From the NCBI GenBank assembly GCA_963764165.1, contig CAVXRD010000002.1, positions 3,392,001 through 3,456,000 of the forward strand: DNA of 64,000 bases, written 5' to 3'. This stretch comes from an uncultured Verrucomicrobiae bacterium. Lineage in GTDB: Bacteria > Verrucomicrobiota > Verrucomicrobiia > Limisphaerales > Palsa-1400. This document shows, in pieces, positions 19,104 to 28,209 of this stretch. Within the stretch, counting starts at the first letter, position 1. Each line of letters opens with the position of its first letter. The notes under the pieces are model-generated. The model was not told the origin of the DNA and searched no databases. It saw nothing but the letters and a program-made list of their open reading frames with translations. Position numbers and translations under genes: made by a program.

Positions 19104-20174
19104 CTAAGGATTTGGAATGGAAACAGGCGTCGGCGCCTCCAGTTCCCGGCTTAAATTAAAGCGAACTTCCTTCGAATTCGGCGGGATCGTGATTTTGTCC
19201 ACCGCGTTCGTGTAGACGTTGGCAAGAACAGACATTTGTTTGATGCGCTTGAAAAGCTCCGGGTCCCGCTGGTATTGGGCCAGCAGCTTCTTGAAAGCGT
19301 CAGCTTGGGCGGCCATGGAATCGACCCGGTATTTCCGTATCGCATCGGCCACGCGGATGCGGGTATCGGCTTCGCCCTTGGCGTGAGCGATAACGTTCGT
19401 GGCATACGTCTGCGCGTCTTCGACTAATTTCTGGCGCAATTGCATCGCTTTGGTGACCTCATTAAACAGCGGCTTGAGATACATCGGCGCCGATGCGCCC
19501 CAATCCACATAATCCACCGTAAGGCCAAGTTTCTCGTCGTCAACCACCTGATTTACTTGGCGTTGAATGCGTTCGCGGAAAGCATCGCGGTTGGTGGTGA
19601 GAATGGCGTCCACCGTGAATTCGCTGGCGGCGCTCAAGAGGGCGTTATTCAGCGTATTGGTCAAAAACGCCGTCGCGTCGACAAAGCCGAATTGGAAAAC
19701 CGTCGGGTCGGTGATGTGATATTTCGCATCGACCCAGAGATGTATAATATTAGTGTCCGCCGTGATGGCGTAGGTCCAAGATGCCGGATTGAGCTTCTGC
19801 ATGGCCGGCGGCTCGGCCTGGCCGATGCTGCGCTCGTAGGCGGTCTGATACCAGCCAACGGCTGATTCTGCGTTCGTCAGCGAGGTGATTTTCAGGGTGA
19901 CGATTGAATCAATCGGCGCTGGAAAGGCCCAATGAGCGCCCGGCCCCAGCAGTTTTCCGCCATCGACCGGTTTCCCCATCCGCAGGCGAATGGCCGCTTC
20001 CGAAGGGCCGACTGTGAAAAATCCTGAGCCGAGAAAAACCAGCACCAGCGCCACCATGATCACTTGGACAATGATGAAGCTGCTGCGCATCGCCTCCGCC
20101 AGCGCCAGCGAACCGGCGTCTTCCGGCGGCGGAGTCTGCTCCGGGGGCAGTGCGTTGGGATCGAGGTCGCTCAT
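19104..20174 (-). CDS. SPFH/HflK-like protein
   Basis: One TM, GFFTV, GPGAHWAFPAPID, ITADTNI, coiled coil AKGEA; start overlaps upstream TGA. Confidence 0.85.
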   Translation of the reverse strand: MSDLDPNALPPEQTPPPEDAGSLALAEAMRSSFIIVQVIMVALVLVFLGSGFFTVGPSEAAIRLRMGKPVDGGKLLGPGAHWAFPAPIDSIVTLKITSLTNAESAVGWYQTAYERSIGQAEPPAMQKLNPASWTYAITADTNIIHLWVDAKYHITDPTVFQFGFVDATAFLTNTLNNALLSAASEFTVDAILTTNRDAFRERIQRQVNQVVDDEKLGLTVDYVDWGASAPMYLKPLFNEVTKAMQLRQKLVEDAQTYATNVIAHAKGEADTRIRVADAIRKYRVDSMAAQADAFKKLLAQYQRDPELFKRIKQMSVLANVYTNAVDKITIPPNSKEVRFNLSRELEAPTPVSIPNP

Positions 20175-21088
20175 TTGTCTTTCTTGCTCGGTTCCTCCAT
20201 CTTCAGCCACTGCAACGGCGAGGTGCTGAGGTCGAGAACCAGCGTCGTCTTCTTTTTCAAAAATTGCTCGAGCGCGTCCATCTGCATGTTGAAGGCCGCC
20301 AATTCCGGATTCTCCTGCATGATTTGCAGCGACTTCATCATTTCGGCTTCGCCTTCCCCGCGAATCTTGAACGCTTCGGCCTCGGCGTCATACAAAAGTT
20401 TGGCGGCCTGGCCATCGGCTTCCGCCCGGATGCGGGTGGCATCCAATTCACCCTGCGACGTCACGTTGGTGATATAATAGACCCGCTCCGATTTCATGCG
20501 GTCGAAAACTTCCGCCGTCACGCTTTCCGGGAGGCCGATCTTTTGAATTTGCACAAACTTGATTTCGACGCCGAAGTTGTTGGTCGCGTTGTGGACGCGG
20601 TTTTGGACATCGTCCAGGATTTCCTTTTCGATGCTGGCGAACTTCATTTCACCCGGGGTGGCGGAAATGAAATCTGAGAAAACGTGGCGGCCCGCCACGG
20701 CGTTCTTGGAACTGCGAACGATTTCCGTCAAGGTTTTTTCCGCTTCTGGAATCGAGCCGTCCGCAACTTTCACGAAGAAATTCGTCGGATCATTGATGCG
20801 GTAGCCGACATAGACTGAAAGCAGGATAATGCTCTGGTCGTGGAGTTTGATTTCTTCGAATTTTCCCTTGGCTTCAAAATTCTGGATGCGCTGGTCGAGC
20901 TTGAAAACGCGCTCGATGGGCGAGGGCAGGCGGAAGCCGGGGCCGGGAGTGGATTTGACGCGGGCAAGGCGTCCGAACCGGGTGACGACCGCCACTTCGG
21001 ACGGGCGCACCTGGTAGACGAACAGCATCAGGCCAAAGACAATCAACAAGACGAAGGCTACTGCCAATGTAAGGGGCTTGCGTTTCAT
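20171..21088 (-). CDS. SPFH/HflC-like protein
   Basis: VYQVR..EVAVVTRFG, PG..F.LPSPI, DQRIQ, GLPESV...VFDRMKSER, IRGEGEAE. Confidence 0.88.
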   Translation of the reverse strand: MKRKPLTLAVAFVLLIVFGLMLFVYQVRPSEVAVVTRFGRLARVKSTPGPGFRLPSPIERVFKLDQRIQNFEAKGKFEEIKLHDQSIILLSVYVGYRINDPTNFFVKVADGSIPEAEKTLTEIVRSSKNAVAGRHVFSDFISATPGEMKFASIEKEILDDVQNRVHNATNNFGVEIKFVQIQKIGLPESVTAEVFDRMKSERVYYITNVTSQGELDATRIRAEADGQAAKLLYDAEAEAFKIRGEGEAEMMKSLQIMQENPELAAFNMQMDALEQFLKKKTTLVLDLSTSPLQWLKMEEPSKKDK

Positions 21089-21089
21089 A

Positions 21090-22961
21090 TCATTTCGAAG
21101 TCGGCTTAGTCAGGTTCCCGATTAAGTCATCGCGGATTTTGTCCTCAAGATTGAAGATCGGGATGTTCGGCGCATTGGTGGTGGCGATAATGTATTTGCG
21201 CGAGTCGGCGCTGTTTTCAACCAGCGCCCTCAAATAAGCCTGCTGTTCGTAAATTCCTTTCGGGCCTGGCGAGGCGGCGTAGGCTTTTTGCTGGCTGGCA
21301 AAAAGAATGGCCCGGGCGGCGGAGTTGGTGGCCGCCCCGTGCAAATCAGCCTGGGCGCTGGCAACCTTCTGGAAGCTTTCGCCTGTGGCAGTGGCGTTGG
21401 TGGCAATGGCATGCGCCCGCGCCTGCAAAATCTTCGACTCGCGCTTTTCCGAGGCGCCGACCACTTGCTCAAAGACGTCGGCCACCTTCGACGGCGGGTG
21501 AACATCCTCCAAACCCACGAAAAGAATTCGCGCCCCAAGCTGCTTCGCATCCGCCTCGGATTGGATATTTTGCTGCAAGGTGCTTTCGGCGTCAGCCCGG
21601 CCGCGGGACATCAAATCGTCAAAATTCGCGCTGGAAAGGTAACGGACAACCGCGCGTTCGGCGATGTTCGTCAAAAGTGTCACCGGATCTTCGTTGGTGT
21701 AGGCCCAACTGGACAGATTGGTAATCTGGTATTGAACCGGAATGCTGACGGAAACGAGGCTGACCGGCGGGCTCTTCTCCTCAATTTGCGCGGCGGAGGG
21801 GGCGTCGGCATTCAACTCGACGCTCGCCACCAAATAATTCTCTTCCTTGGCGTGCTTGACGGTCCAAGTAACGGTGTCGTTTGGATCCGGCTCCGCGCCA
21901 ACGAGGAAAGTCTGGATGCGGTCGGTGTGATAAACCGTCGTTTGGCCAATCGGCCACGGGGGTTTCACATGGAGCCCCGGCCCAATCAAGCCTGTTTCGC
22001 CCATCGGCTTGCCGAAACATTCCAGCAACGCCTCATCGCCCGGGTCAATCACCACAAAGCATGTTGAAAGCACCAAAATGGCAAATTGCGCCAGCAGCAG
22101 CCAACCCAACGCGCTTTCCAAAAAACGGTAGAACCAAGTATCAGAAACTTTGAAGCCAAATTGATAGTCCAACGCGTGCGCTGCCGTCGTGATGATCGCC
22201 TCCGGCTGGCCCAGCAAACCGACCAGACGGCTCTCGTAAAGCAGCCGCGTTTCGCGGCCTTCCACGCGGACGCGGTATCCTTCCAGCACGAGCGCTAGCA
22301 ACGTTTCGACCGCCGCAATCCCGGAAATCACACAGAAAACCCGCGCCACGATAATATCGATTCGGGCGACGCCCGACAAATACGCCGCGATCGCCCCAAT
22401 CACGATCAGGCACGAATACGCGCTCAACAGCATGTAGGCCGAGCTGGGGCGCAAGAGCTTGATGCCTTTGAGACGGGCCAGTCCGCTCGAATACTTGCCC
22501 AGCAGGAACAGAATCATCCCCATCAACCCGAGGAAGGACATCGCCAGCGTCGCCCGTTCTTTGATAAGAGGTGGAACGCCCGGCAGCTTCTGCCACGCCA
22601 GCCATGCGCCCAGCGCTTCAAGGACAAAGAGAATCGCCGCGAAGCTCGGAATGATGAAGCGCTCGAATTGTTCGCGGGAGCGCCGGGCAGGGAACGTGTC
22701 GCCGCCAGCGGTGGAAAAAAGCGACTCGCTGCCGCGGGACTTGCTCAGTTCCTCCATCTCCATTTTCTCGAACTCTTCCCGCTCAAGCAGGCCGATGTGG
22801 AAAAAGTTGAGGAGCGCCACCAGAAGCCCAAAGCCGGTCAAAATCGCCGCCATGGTGGCAGCGCCCGAGCTCAGGTAGCTGGAAATCAGCAGCAGGGCCA
22901 AAGTTGCGCCCAGCAGCACCACCAGGTTCATCAACGATGTCTTTTTTGTATTTTGGTCCAT
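21090..22961 (-). CDS. Long HflK-like SPFH protein with multi-TM N-terminal domain
   Basis: About 7 hydrophobic segments, then FG..GPGLHVKPPWPI, VQYQI, DVHPP..VA..FE.VVGA. Confidence 0.8.
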   Translation of the reverse strand: MDQNTKKTSLMNLVVLLGATLALLLISSYLSSGAATMAAILTGFGLLVALLNFFHIGLLEREEFEKMEMEELSKSRGSESLFSTAGGDTFPARRSREQFERFIIPSFAAILFVLEALGAWLAWQKLPGVPPLIKERATLAMSFLGLMGMILFLLGKYSSGLARLKGIKLLRPSSAYMLLSAYSCLIVIGAIAAYLSGVARIDIIVARVFCVISGIAAVETLLALVLEGYRVRVEGRETRLLYESRLVGLLGQPEAIITTAAHALDYQFGFKVSDTWFYRFLESALGWLLLAQFAILVLSTCFVVIDPGDEALLECFGKPMGETGLIGPGLHVKPPWPIGQTTVYHTDRIQTFLVGAEPDPNDTVTWTVKHAKEENYLVASVELNADAPSAAQIEEKSPPVSLVSVSIPVQYQITNLSSWAYTNEDPVTLLTNIAERAVVRYLSSANFDDLMSRGRADAESTLQQNIQSEADAKQLGARILFVGLEDVHPPSKVADVFEQVVGASEKRESKILQARAHAIATNATATGESFQKVASAQADLHGAATNSAARAILFASQQKAYAASPGPKGIYEQQAYLRALVENSADSRKYIIATTNAPNIPIFNLEDKIRDDLIGNLTKPTSK

Positions 22962-22998
22962 TGCAAATTAGACTGCCCGGCCTCGATTTAGTTCCAAC

Positions 22999-23961
22999 TC
23001 AGTTCAACTCCCGGTCCTCAAACAACATTAGGGCCATCGCGAGGGTGGCGCCGATATAAGCGCACGCATACCCGAACGCTTTGGCCAGATAGCTCAACGG
23101 TATTGTATTCTTACCTTCCAAGGCGTCCGCAAGCCAGAATAATTGCCAGTTCGGAGTCACCGCGTAAAGAATAGAAGCCCACCAGGAACCCGCTTTCGCG
23201 CGTTCGCCCCAGAAATAATCGGACATCAATCCCAGCAAAAACAGCGCTGAAATGATGGCCAGCGTCGGAATCACGTCCAGCCGGGTCGAGCAAGCCAGCG
23301 CCAGCGCCGCCAAGATCAGCAACGCCATCAACAGCAGCGCGGAAGCCGGAATGACCCGCCAATCGATGCCTTCGTAGCTCTCACCCATCCGAATCGCCTC
23401 GCGCGGAATGAACTGCAAAACCGCAAAAGCCACCACCGCCATGATCACCACCCCAAAAACCGCATCCGAAACAAACGGGCGGCGCAGAAAGTAATTGCTG
23501 AATGCCGCCAATACATATGCCAGCGCAATGGACCCAGTGAACACGCCCAAGCCCGGATAATCGACATCCCCGTAAGCATCAAAGGCCATGCGTGTGGCCA
23601 TCAGCGCGCCAATCATGTTGACAAAGGCGAGGAGGGTAAGGGCCATGGCCAGGCCGGCATACTTGCCAAACAGAAACTTGCTGCGGCTGACGGGCTTGGC
23701 CATGACCGCCAAGGCCGTTCCGCTGCGAATTTCCCGCGCCACAGAAGCCGAAGCGCTCAAGACCGCGCCGAACAAACCCGCCAGGAACATCACCGCCAAG
23801 GCGGTGTTTTTGACCAGCTTGGGCTCATCGCCAAATCCGAAATAATTGACGCAAGCCAGAGCGACCTCAAACAAAGTCGAGAGCGTCATTAGCAGCAGGT
23901 AGACCGGCTGCCGAATCAGCTCCATGAAGGCGTTCCCAGCTATGGTTATAAATTGGCGCAT
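22999..23961 (-). CDS. ABC-2-type permease
   Basis: IAGNAFMELIRQP, EIRSGT..V.AKPVSR..FLFGKY.G, FEDRELN; start at MRQF. Confidence 0.85.
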   Translation of the reverse strand: MRQFITIAGNAFMELIRQPVYLLLMTLSTLFEVALACVNYFGFGDEPKLVKNTALAVMFLAGLFGAVLSASASVAREIRSGTALAVMAKPVSRSKFLFGKYAGLAMALTLLAFVNMIGALMATRMAFDAYGDVDYPGLGVFTGSIALAYVLAAFSNYFLRRPFVSDAVFGVVIMAVVAFAVLQFIPREAIRMGESYEGIDWRVIPASALLLMALLILAALALACSTRLDVIPTLAIISALFLLGLMSDYFWGERAKAGSWWASILYAVTPNWQLFWLADALEGKNTIPLSYLAKAFGYACAYIGATLAMALMLFEDRELN

Positions 23962-24232
23962 GTTGCTTGGGCAGGCAAGACTGCCGGAAGCTGGGCCAAG
24001 CTTAAAGAAAAATCCCCTTTTTGCAATGTGTCCTTTCGGCGCACAGGGGGGCAGGGCGTGTCGCACTCTTGGTCGGAGGACTGGTTCTTCCGCTCCGCTG
24101 GGAGCGAAATCAAAGATTCCGGGTCTGCGGCGCTTCAGGGCCAAGCCGGCATGAAGAATTTTGTCGCGCACCCTCTGGCTGCCTCATTGGATGAGGCGGC
24201 CTTGTGAGCGGCGGTGATCTCCGGTATTATCA

Positions 24233-25594
24233 ATGCACATGAATCGGACGGCAAAATTTCGGCTGACGGCGCTTGGGATCGCCGCCGCCTTGCTGGGCGT
24301 GCTGATCGCGCTGGCCAGCTTTCTGTCGCAGCGCCAGTCCGGCCTGCTCCGCCGGCAACTGGCCCAGGTCGATTCCGAAAGCGCCAGCATCTCCGAACAT
24401 TTCAAGGATTCGCTGCGCGAGGTCAACACGATCCGCCTCCGTTACATCATGGATGGCGATCCGGCGGCGTGGGAGCAATTTCAGAAATCCAGCCATGACT
24501 TGAGCGATTGGTTGAACAGTCAAACCCCTTCCCTGACCACATCCCGCGAGAAGGAATTGTTGCGCGACGTGAAAACCGCCTATTTCGATTACCTGGATGT
24601 CTCGCGGCAGATGTACCAAATCTCGCAAACGAACCGCCAGCCGGCCGATATCCTCAACGAATTCACCAACTCGCGCGCCCAATCACAGCATCTGTTCGAT
24701 CTCGGCCAATCGCTGGCCCGCGCGCATTCCGAATCGCGCAATCTAGTTCTGGCCCAGGCCAGCACGACGCTCAACCAGTTGCGGCAGTCCGTGCTGGCGC
24801 TGGTGGGATTGCTTTACCTCTTTGGCATTGCATTGGCGGCGCTGGCCTACCGTGATCTTGTCGTGCCGCTTCGGGCGAAATTGGTGGAAACGCAATCGCT
24901 GGCGGAACGCCACGAAAAACTGGCCTCGCTGGGCATGCTGGCGGCGGGGGTGGCCCATGAAATCCGCAATCCGCTCACCGCGATCAAAGCCGCCGTTTTC
25001 ATCCAGCAAAAGAAATTCACTCCCGGGTCGCAGGAAGCCGCCGACTCCGCCTTGGTGCAGCGCGAGATTTCCCGTCTGGAGCGCATCGTAACCGAGTTTC
25101 TGCAATTCGCGCGCCCATCAGAACCGGAACTTGCCAGCATGCAAAGCGACCAGCCGCTGAGGGAAGTTCAGTCTCTCCTCGGCCCAAGCCTGGCTCGCCA
25201 GAACATTCGCCTTTTGGTGGAGGATTCCTCGCCGATGCCCGTCAAGGTGGACGGCGAACAGATGAAACAAGTCCTCATCAATCTCGTTCAAAACGCCGCC
25301 GACAGCATCGGGCATGACGGCGCGATCACGCTGCGCGCGCGGCCGGACCGCATCCCGCTCGGAAACGGCGAGACGGATGTGGTGGTGTTGGAAGTCGCGG
25401 ACACCGGGCAAGGCATTGCGCCAGACGTGGAAAAGCGGTTGTTTGATCCGTTCTTCACCACCAAGCCGGAAGGGACGGGTCTTGGACTTTCCATCGCCGC
25501 CTGCATTATTCAAAAGCACGGCGGCGCGCTGCAGTACCAAACCCGCGTCAATCACGGCACCACCTTCGGCGTCATTCTCCCGCGCGCCGCCTGA
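24233..25594 (+). CDS. Sensor histidine kinase (2 TM, helical periplasmic sensor)
   Basis: AHEIRNPL, NLVQNA, DTGQG, FFTTK..GTGLGL. Confidence 0.95.
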   Translation: MHMNRTAKFRLTALGIAAALLGVLIALASFLSQRQSGLLRRQLAQVDSESASISEHFKDSLREVNTIRLRYIMDGDPAAWEQFQKSSHDLSDWLNSQTPSLTTSREKELLRDVKTAYFDYLDVSRQMYQISQTNRQPADILNEFTNSRAQSQHLFDLGQSLARAHSESRNLVLAQASTTLNQLRQSVLALVGLLYLFGIALAALAYRDLVVPLRAKLVETQSLAERHEKLASLGMLAAGVAHEIRNPLTAIKAAVFIQQKKFTPGSQEAADSALVQREISRLERIVTEFLQFARPSEPELASMQSDQPLREVQSLLGPSLARQNIRLLVEDSSPMPVKVDGEQMKQVLINLVQNAADSIGHDGAITLRARPDRIPLGNGETDVVVLEVADTGQGIAPDVEKRLFDPFFTTKPEGTGLGLSIAACIIQKHGGALQYQTRVNHGTTFGVILPRAA

Positions 25595-25604
25595 TTTTGG
25601 CCAC

Positions 25605-27032
25605 ATGAGCACGGGGGCAAAAATATTGTTGATAGAAGATGACCCGGGCATCAGCGACACCTTGCGGCGTTTGCTGGCCGAGGAAGGGCACGAGGTGGCC
25701 GTTGAACGCCGCGGCGACGAAGGATTGGCTCGCGCGGGACGCGATATCTTCAATCTCGTCATTACGGATTTGCGTCTGCCGGGTTTGTCGGGTCTCGATT
25801 TAGTGCGTCAGCTTCATGCCGCCCAGCCGCGTCTCCCGATTATTTTGACGACCGCCTACGGCACGACAGAGACGGCCATCGAAGCCACCAAATTCGGCGC
25901 GTATGATTACTTGCTGAAGCCGTTTGATTTCCCGCAATTGATCGAACTCGTTCGCAAAGCCGCCGATAGCAATCGCCTGATGTCCGAACCGGTCACGCTC
26001 GGCGCTGGCGGAGCAAACGACGCGCTCGTTGGCCAGAGCGCGGCAATGCAGGCAATTTACAAGGAAATCGGGCGCGTCGCGTCGCGGCCGGTGCCGGTCT
26101 TGATTCGCGGCGAAACGGGCACAGGCAAGGAATTGATCGCCCGCGCGATTTATCAGCATAGCGATCGCTCGGGCGCGCCGTTCATCGCGGTCAATTGCGC
26201 CGCGATTCCCGAGACGCTGCTGGAGAGCGAATTGTTCGGCCACGAAAAAGGCGCCTTCACCGGCGCGCAGGCGCGGCGCATCGGGAGATTCGAGCAGGCC
26301 CATCGCGGCACCATTTTGCTGGATGAAATCGGCGACATGACCCCGGCCACGCAAGTCAAGCTGGTGCGTTTTTTGCAGGAGCGCCGCTTGCAGCGGCTCG
26401 GCGGGCGGGAGGATATTCCTCTTGACGTTCGCGTGCTGGCGGCGACCCATCGCGATTTGGAAACGGCCATCGCGCAAAAGGAATTTCGCGAGGATCTGTA
26501 TTACCGGCTGAATGTCGTTGCCATCAACCTGCCGCCGCTGCGCCAGCGCCGCGAGGATATTGGCGATTTGACGCGCTACTTCCTGCGCAAGCACGGCCCG
26601 AGCCTTGGCCACGCCGAGCCAAGCATCCAATCCGAGGCGATTGAATTTCTCGAGGCGGAACCGTGGCCGGGAAATGTGCGGCAGCTTGAAAACGTCGTCC
26701 GCAAAGCGCTGCTGCTGGCGCAAAATTACACAATCAACGCCGGCCATGTCCGCACTGTGCTTGACAAGCCGCCCGCCCCGGATTTTTCGCCAAAGCGCGC
26801 CTTCGGCGATTACATCGGCGAGCTGCTGGCGTCGGCAAAACGGGGGGAATTGTCGGACGCGCACGCCCGCGCCCTCGGGGCGGCGGAGCGGGAGTTGTTC
26901 ACCCGCGCCATCGCGGAAGCCGGGGGCAACCAGGCGAAAGCCGCCCGCTGGCTTGGCGTCACCCGCGTGACGATGAAAGCGAAATTGGTGCAGTTTGGCC
27001 TGTTCGAAAGTCCGGAGAAATTGGAGGGGTAG
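25605..27032 (+). CDS. NtrC-family sigma54-dependent response regulator
   Basis: REC domain, GETGTGKE, GAFTGA, DEIG, WPGNVRQL, Fis-type HTH. Confidence 0.95.
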   Translation: MSTGAKILLIEDDPGISDTLRRLLAEEGHEVAVERRGDEGLARAGRDIFNLVITDLRLPGLSGLDLVRQLHAAQPRLPIILTTAYGTTETAIEATKFGAYDYLLKPFDFPQLIELVRKAADSNRLMSEPVTLGAGGANDALVGQSAAMQAIYKEIGRVASRPVPVLIRGETGTGKELIARAIYQHSDRSGAPFIAVNCAAIPETLLESELFGHEKGAFTGAQARRIGRFEQAHRGTILLDEIGDMTPATQVKLVRFLQERRLQRLGGREDIPLDVRVLAATHRDLETAIAQKEFREDLYYRLNVVAINLPPLRQRREDIGDLTRYFLRKHGPSLGHAEPSIQSEAIEFLEAEPWPGNVRQLENVVRKALLLAQNYTINAGHVRTVLDKPPAPDFSPKRAFGDYIGELLASAKRGELSDAHARALGAAERELFTRAIAEAGGNQAKAARWLGVTRVTMKAKLVQFGLFESPEKLEG

Positions 27033-27088
27033 GAATGCTGCGGCATAAGCGTTGACTTGGAAACAGGCATCGCACTCGAGGATTCTCT

Positions 27089-27222
27089 TTTTCCCCGCCC
27101 CGCCGGCGGGGAGTGGGTTAGGGAGGGGAACCGGGAAAACAATATGAATTCCCGATAATGGCAACCGGGAAGGGCTCGCGAGAATGGATCCCATCTCTCC
27201 TTCTCTCTCCGGGAGGGGCGAG
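27089..27222. repeat. Degenerate CCCTCTCC-type hairpin repeat
   Basis: CCCCGCCCCGCCGGCGGGGAGTGGGTTAGGGAGGGG ... CCCATCTCTCCTTCTCTCTCCGGGAGGGG; similar to 3357-3499. Confidence 0.5.
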
Positions 27223-27368
27223 AGCAATCACTATTGGCATGCCGGGTGTTCTTCGATTCTACAGCTTTGCCAAAAACTGACATGCGCCCCACCAGGAGTC
27301 TGGCTCGCCGAAGTTGGGGGTTCGCGCCATTCCTTGCCATTATGGCGAACCGTCCCTGGCTCGTTGGG

Positions 27369-28190
27369 CTATTTCTTGTCGTCTTTGGGTTTGTCCGCCA
27401 CTGCGGCAGCCGGCTTGTCTGATTCCGGTTTTGCTTCGAGGGCCTGCTTTTCGCCTTTCAAGATGTCTTCCGCTGGAATCAAAATCGCGGTCATATACTC
27501 GCGGGCGTTGGCGGCGCTCGATTCCTCGCCGTTCACCGCGCGCATGACGAACATCCCAACGACATTTCCGTTCAGCGCGAAGGCCGGCGACCCAAGCGCC
27601 GTCGTGCTCTGGCTGCTGTCCGGAATGTAAAACGTGCGCGGCTTCTGGATGACGGCGGCGATGCGCTCGGCGGAAACCGAATAGGCGCGGCCCGCGGCGC
27701 GATTGAGGCGGTTCAGTGTCACCACCTGCTCAAGCACTTTTAGCGGCGATGATTTTGTCAAATCAATGGCCGCCATGGGCGCCGCCGGCTTGGTCTTGGG
27801 CCGGACGTAGGCGAGGTCCAAATCCTTGTCGCGCAGGACAATTTCCGCGGGCAATTCCGTCCCGTCATCAAGGAGAATCTTGATGTCCGAAACCTCGATT
27901 TCGGTCTTGCCGAATTTTTCGTTGATGCGGCGGTAAAGCTCCGTGGGATCCACCGAGGAAAGCGCAACCACAGCCAGGCCGGAAGGGTCAATCACAGTTC
28001 CCGTGATGTCCTGCTTGCTTTCACGCGCGCCGTTGCGGCCGTCGGAGACTTTCATGACGGCTTGCACCGTAACGACGGCGTGCTGGTTTTTTTGAAAAAT
28101 ATCTCCGCCCTTGTCGGACAATTCGTCCGCGCCGCACGCAGCCGCCACCAAGGTCGTTCCCAGCAAAAGCATGTTCAATTTCGATTTCAT
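27369..28190 (-). CDS. Exported trypsin-fold protein, catalytically degenerate
   Basis: GTVIDPSGL, RDKDLDLA, LGSPAF...G.VVG; lacks the HV and GNSGG motifs. Confidence 0.65.
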   Translation of the reverse strand: MKSKLNMLLLGTTLVAAACGADELSDKGGDIFQKNQHAVVTVQAVMKVSDGRNGARESKQDITGTVIDPSGLAVVALSSVDPTELYRRINEKFGKTEIEVSDIKILLDDGTELPAEIVLRDKDLDLAYVRPKTKPAAPMAAIDLTKSSPLKVLEQVVTLNRLNRAAGRAYSVSAERIAAVIQKPRTFYIPDSSQSTTALGSPAFALNGNVVGMFVMRAVNGEESSAANAREYMTAILIPAEDILKGEKQALEAKPESDKPAAAVADKPKDDKK

Positions 28191-28209
28191 AGTTCTTCAG
28201 TTTCTAAAT

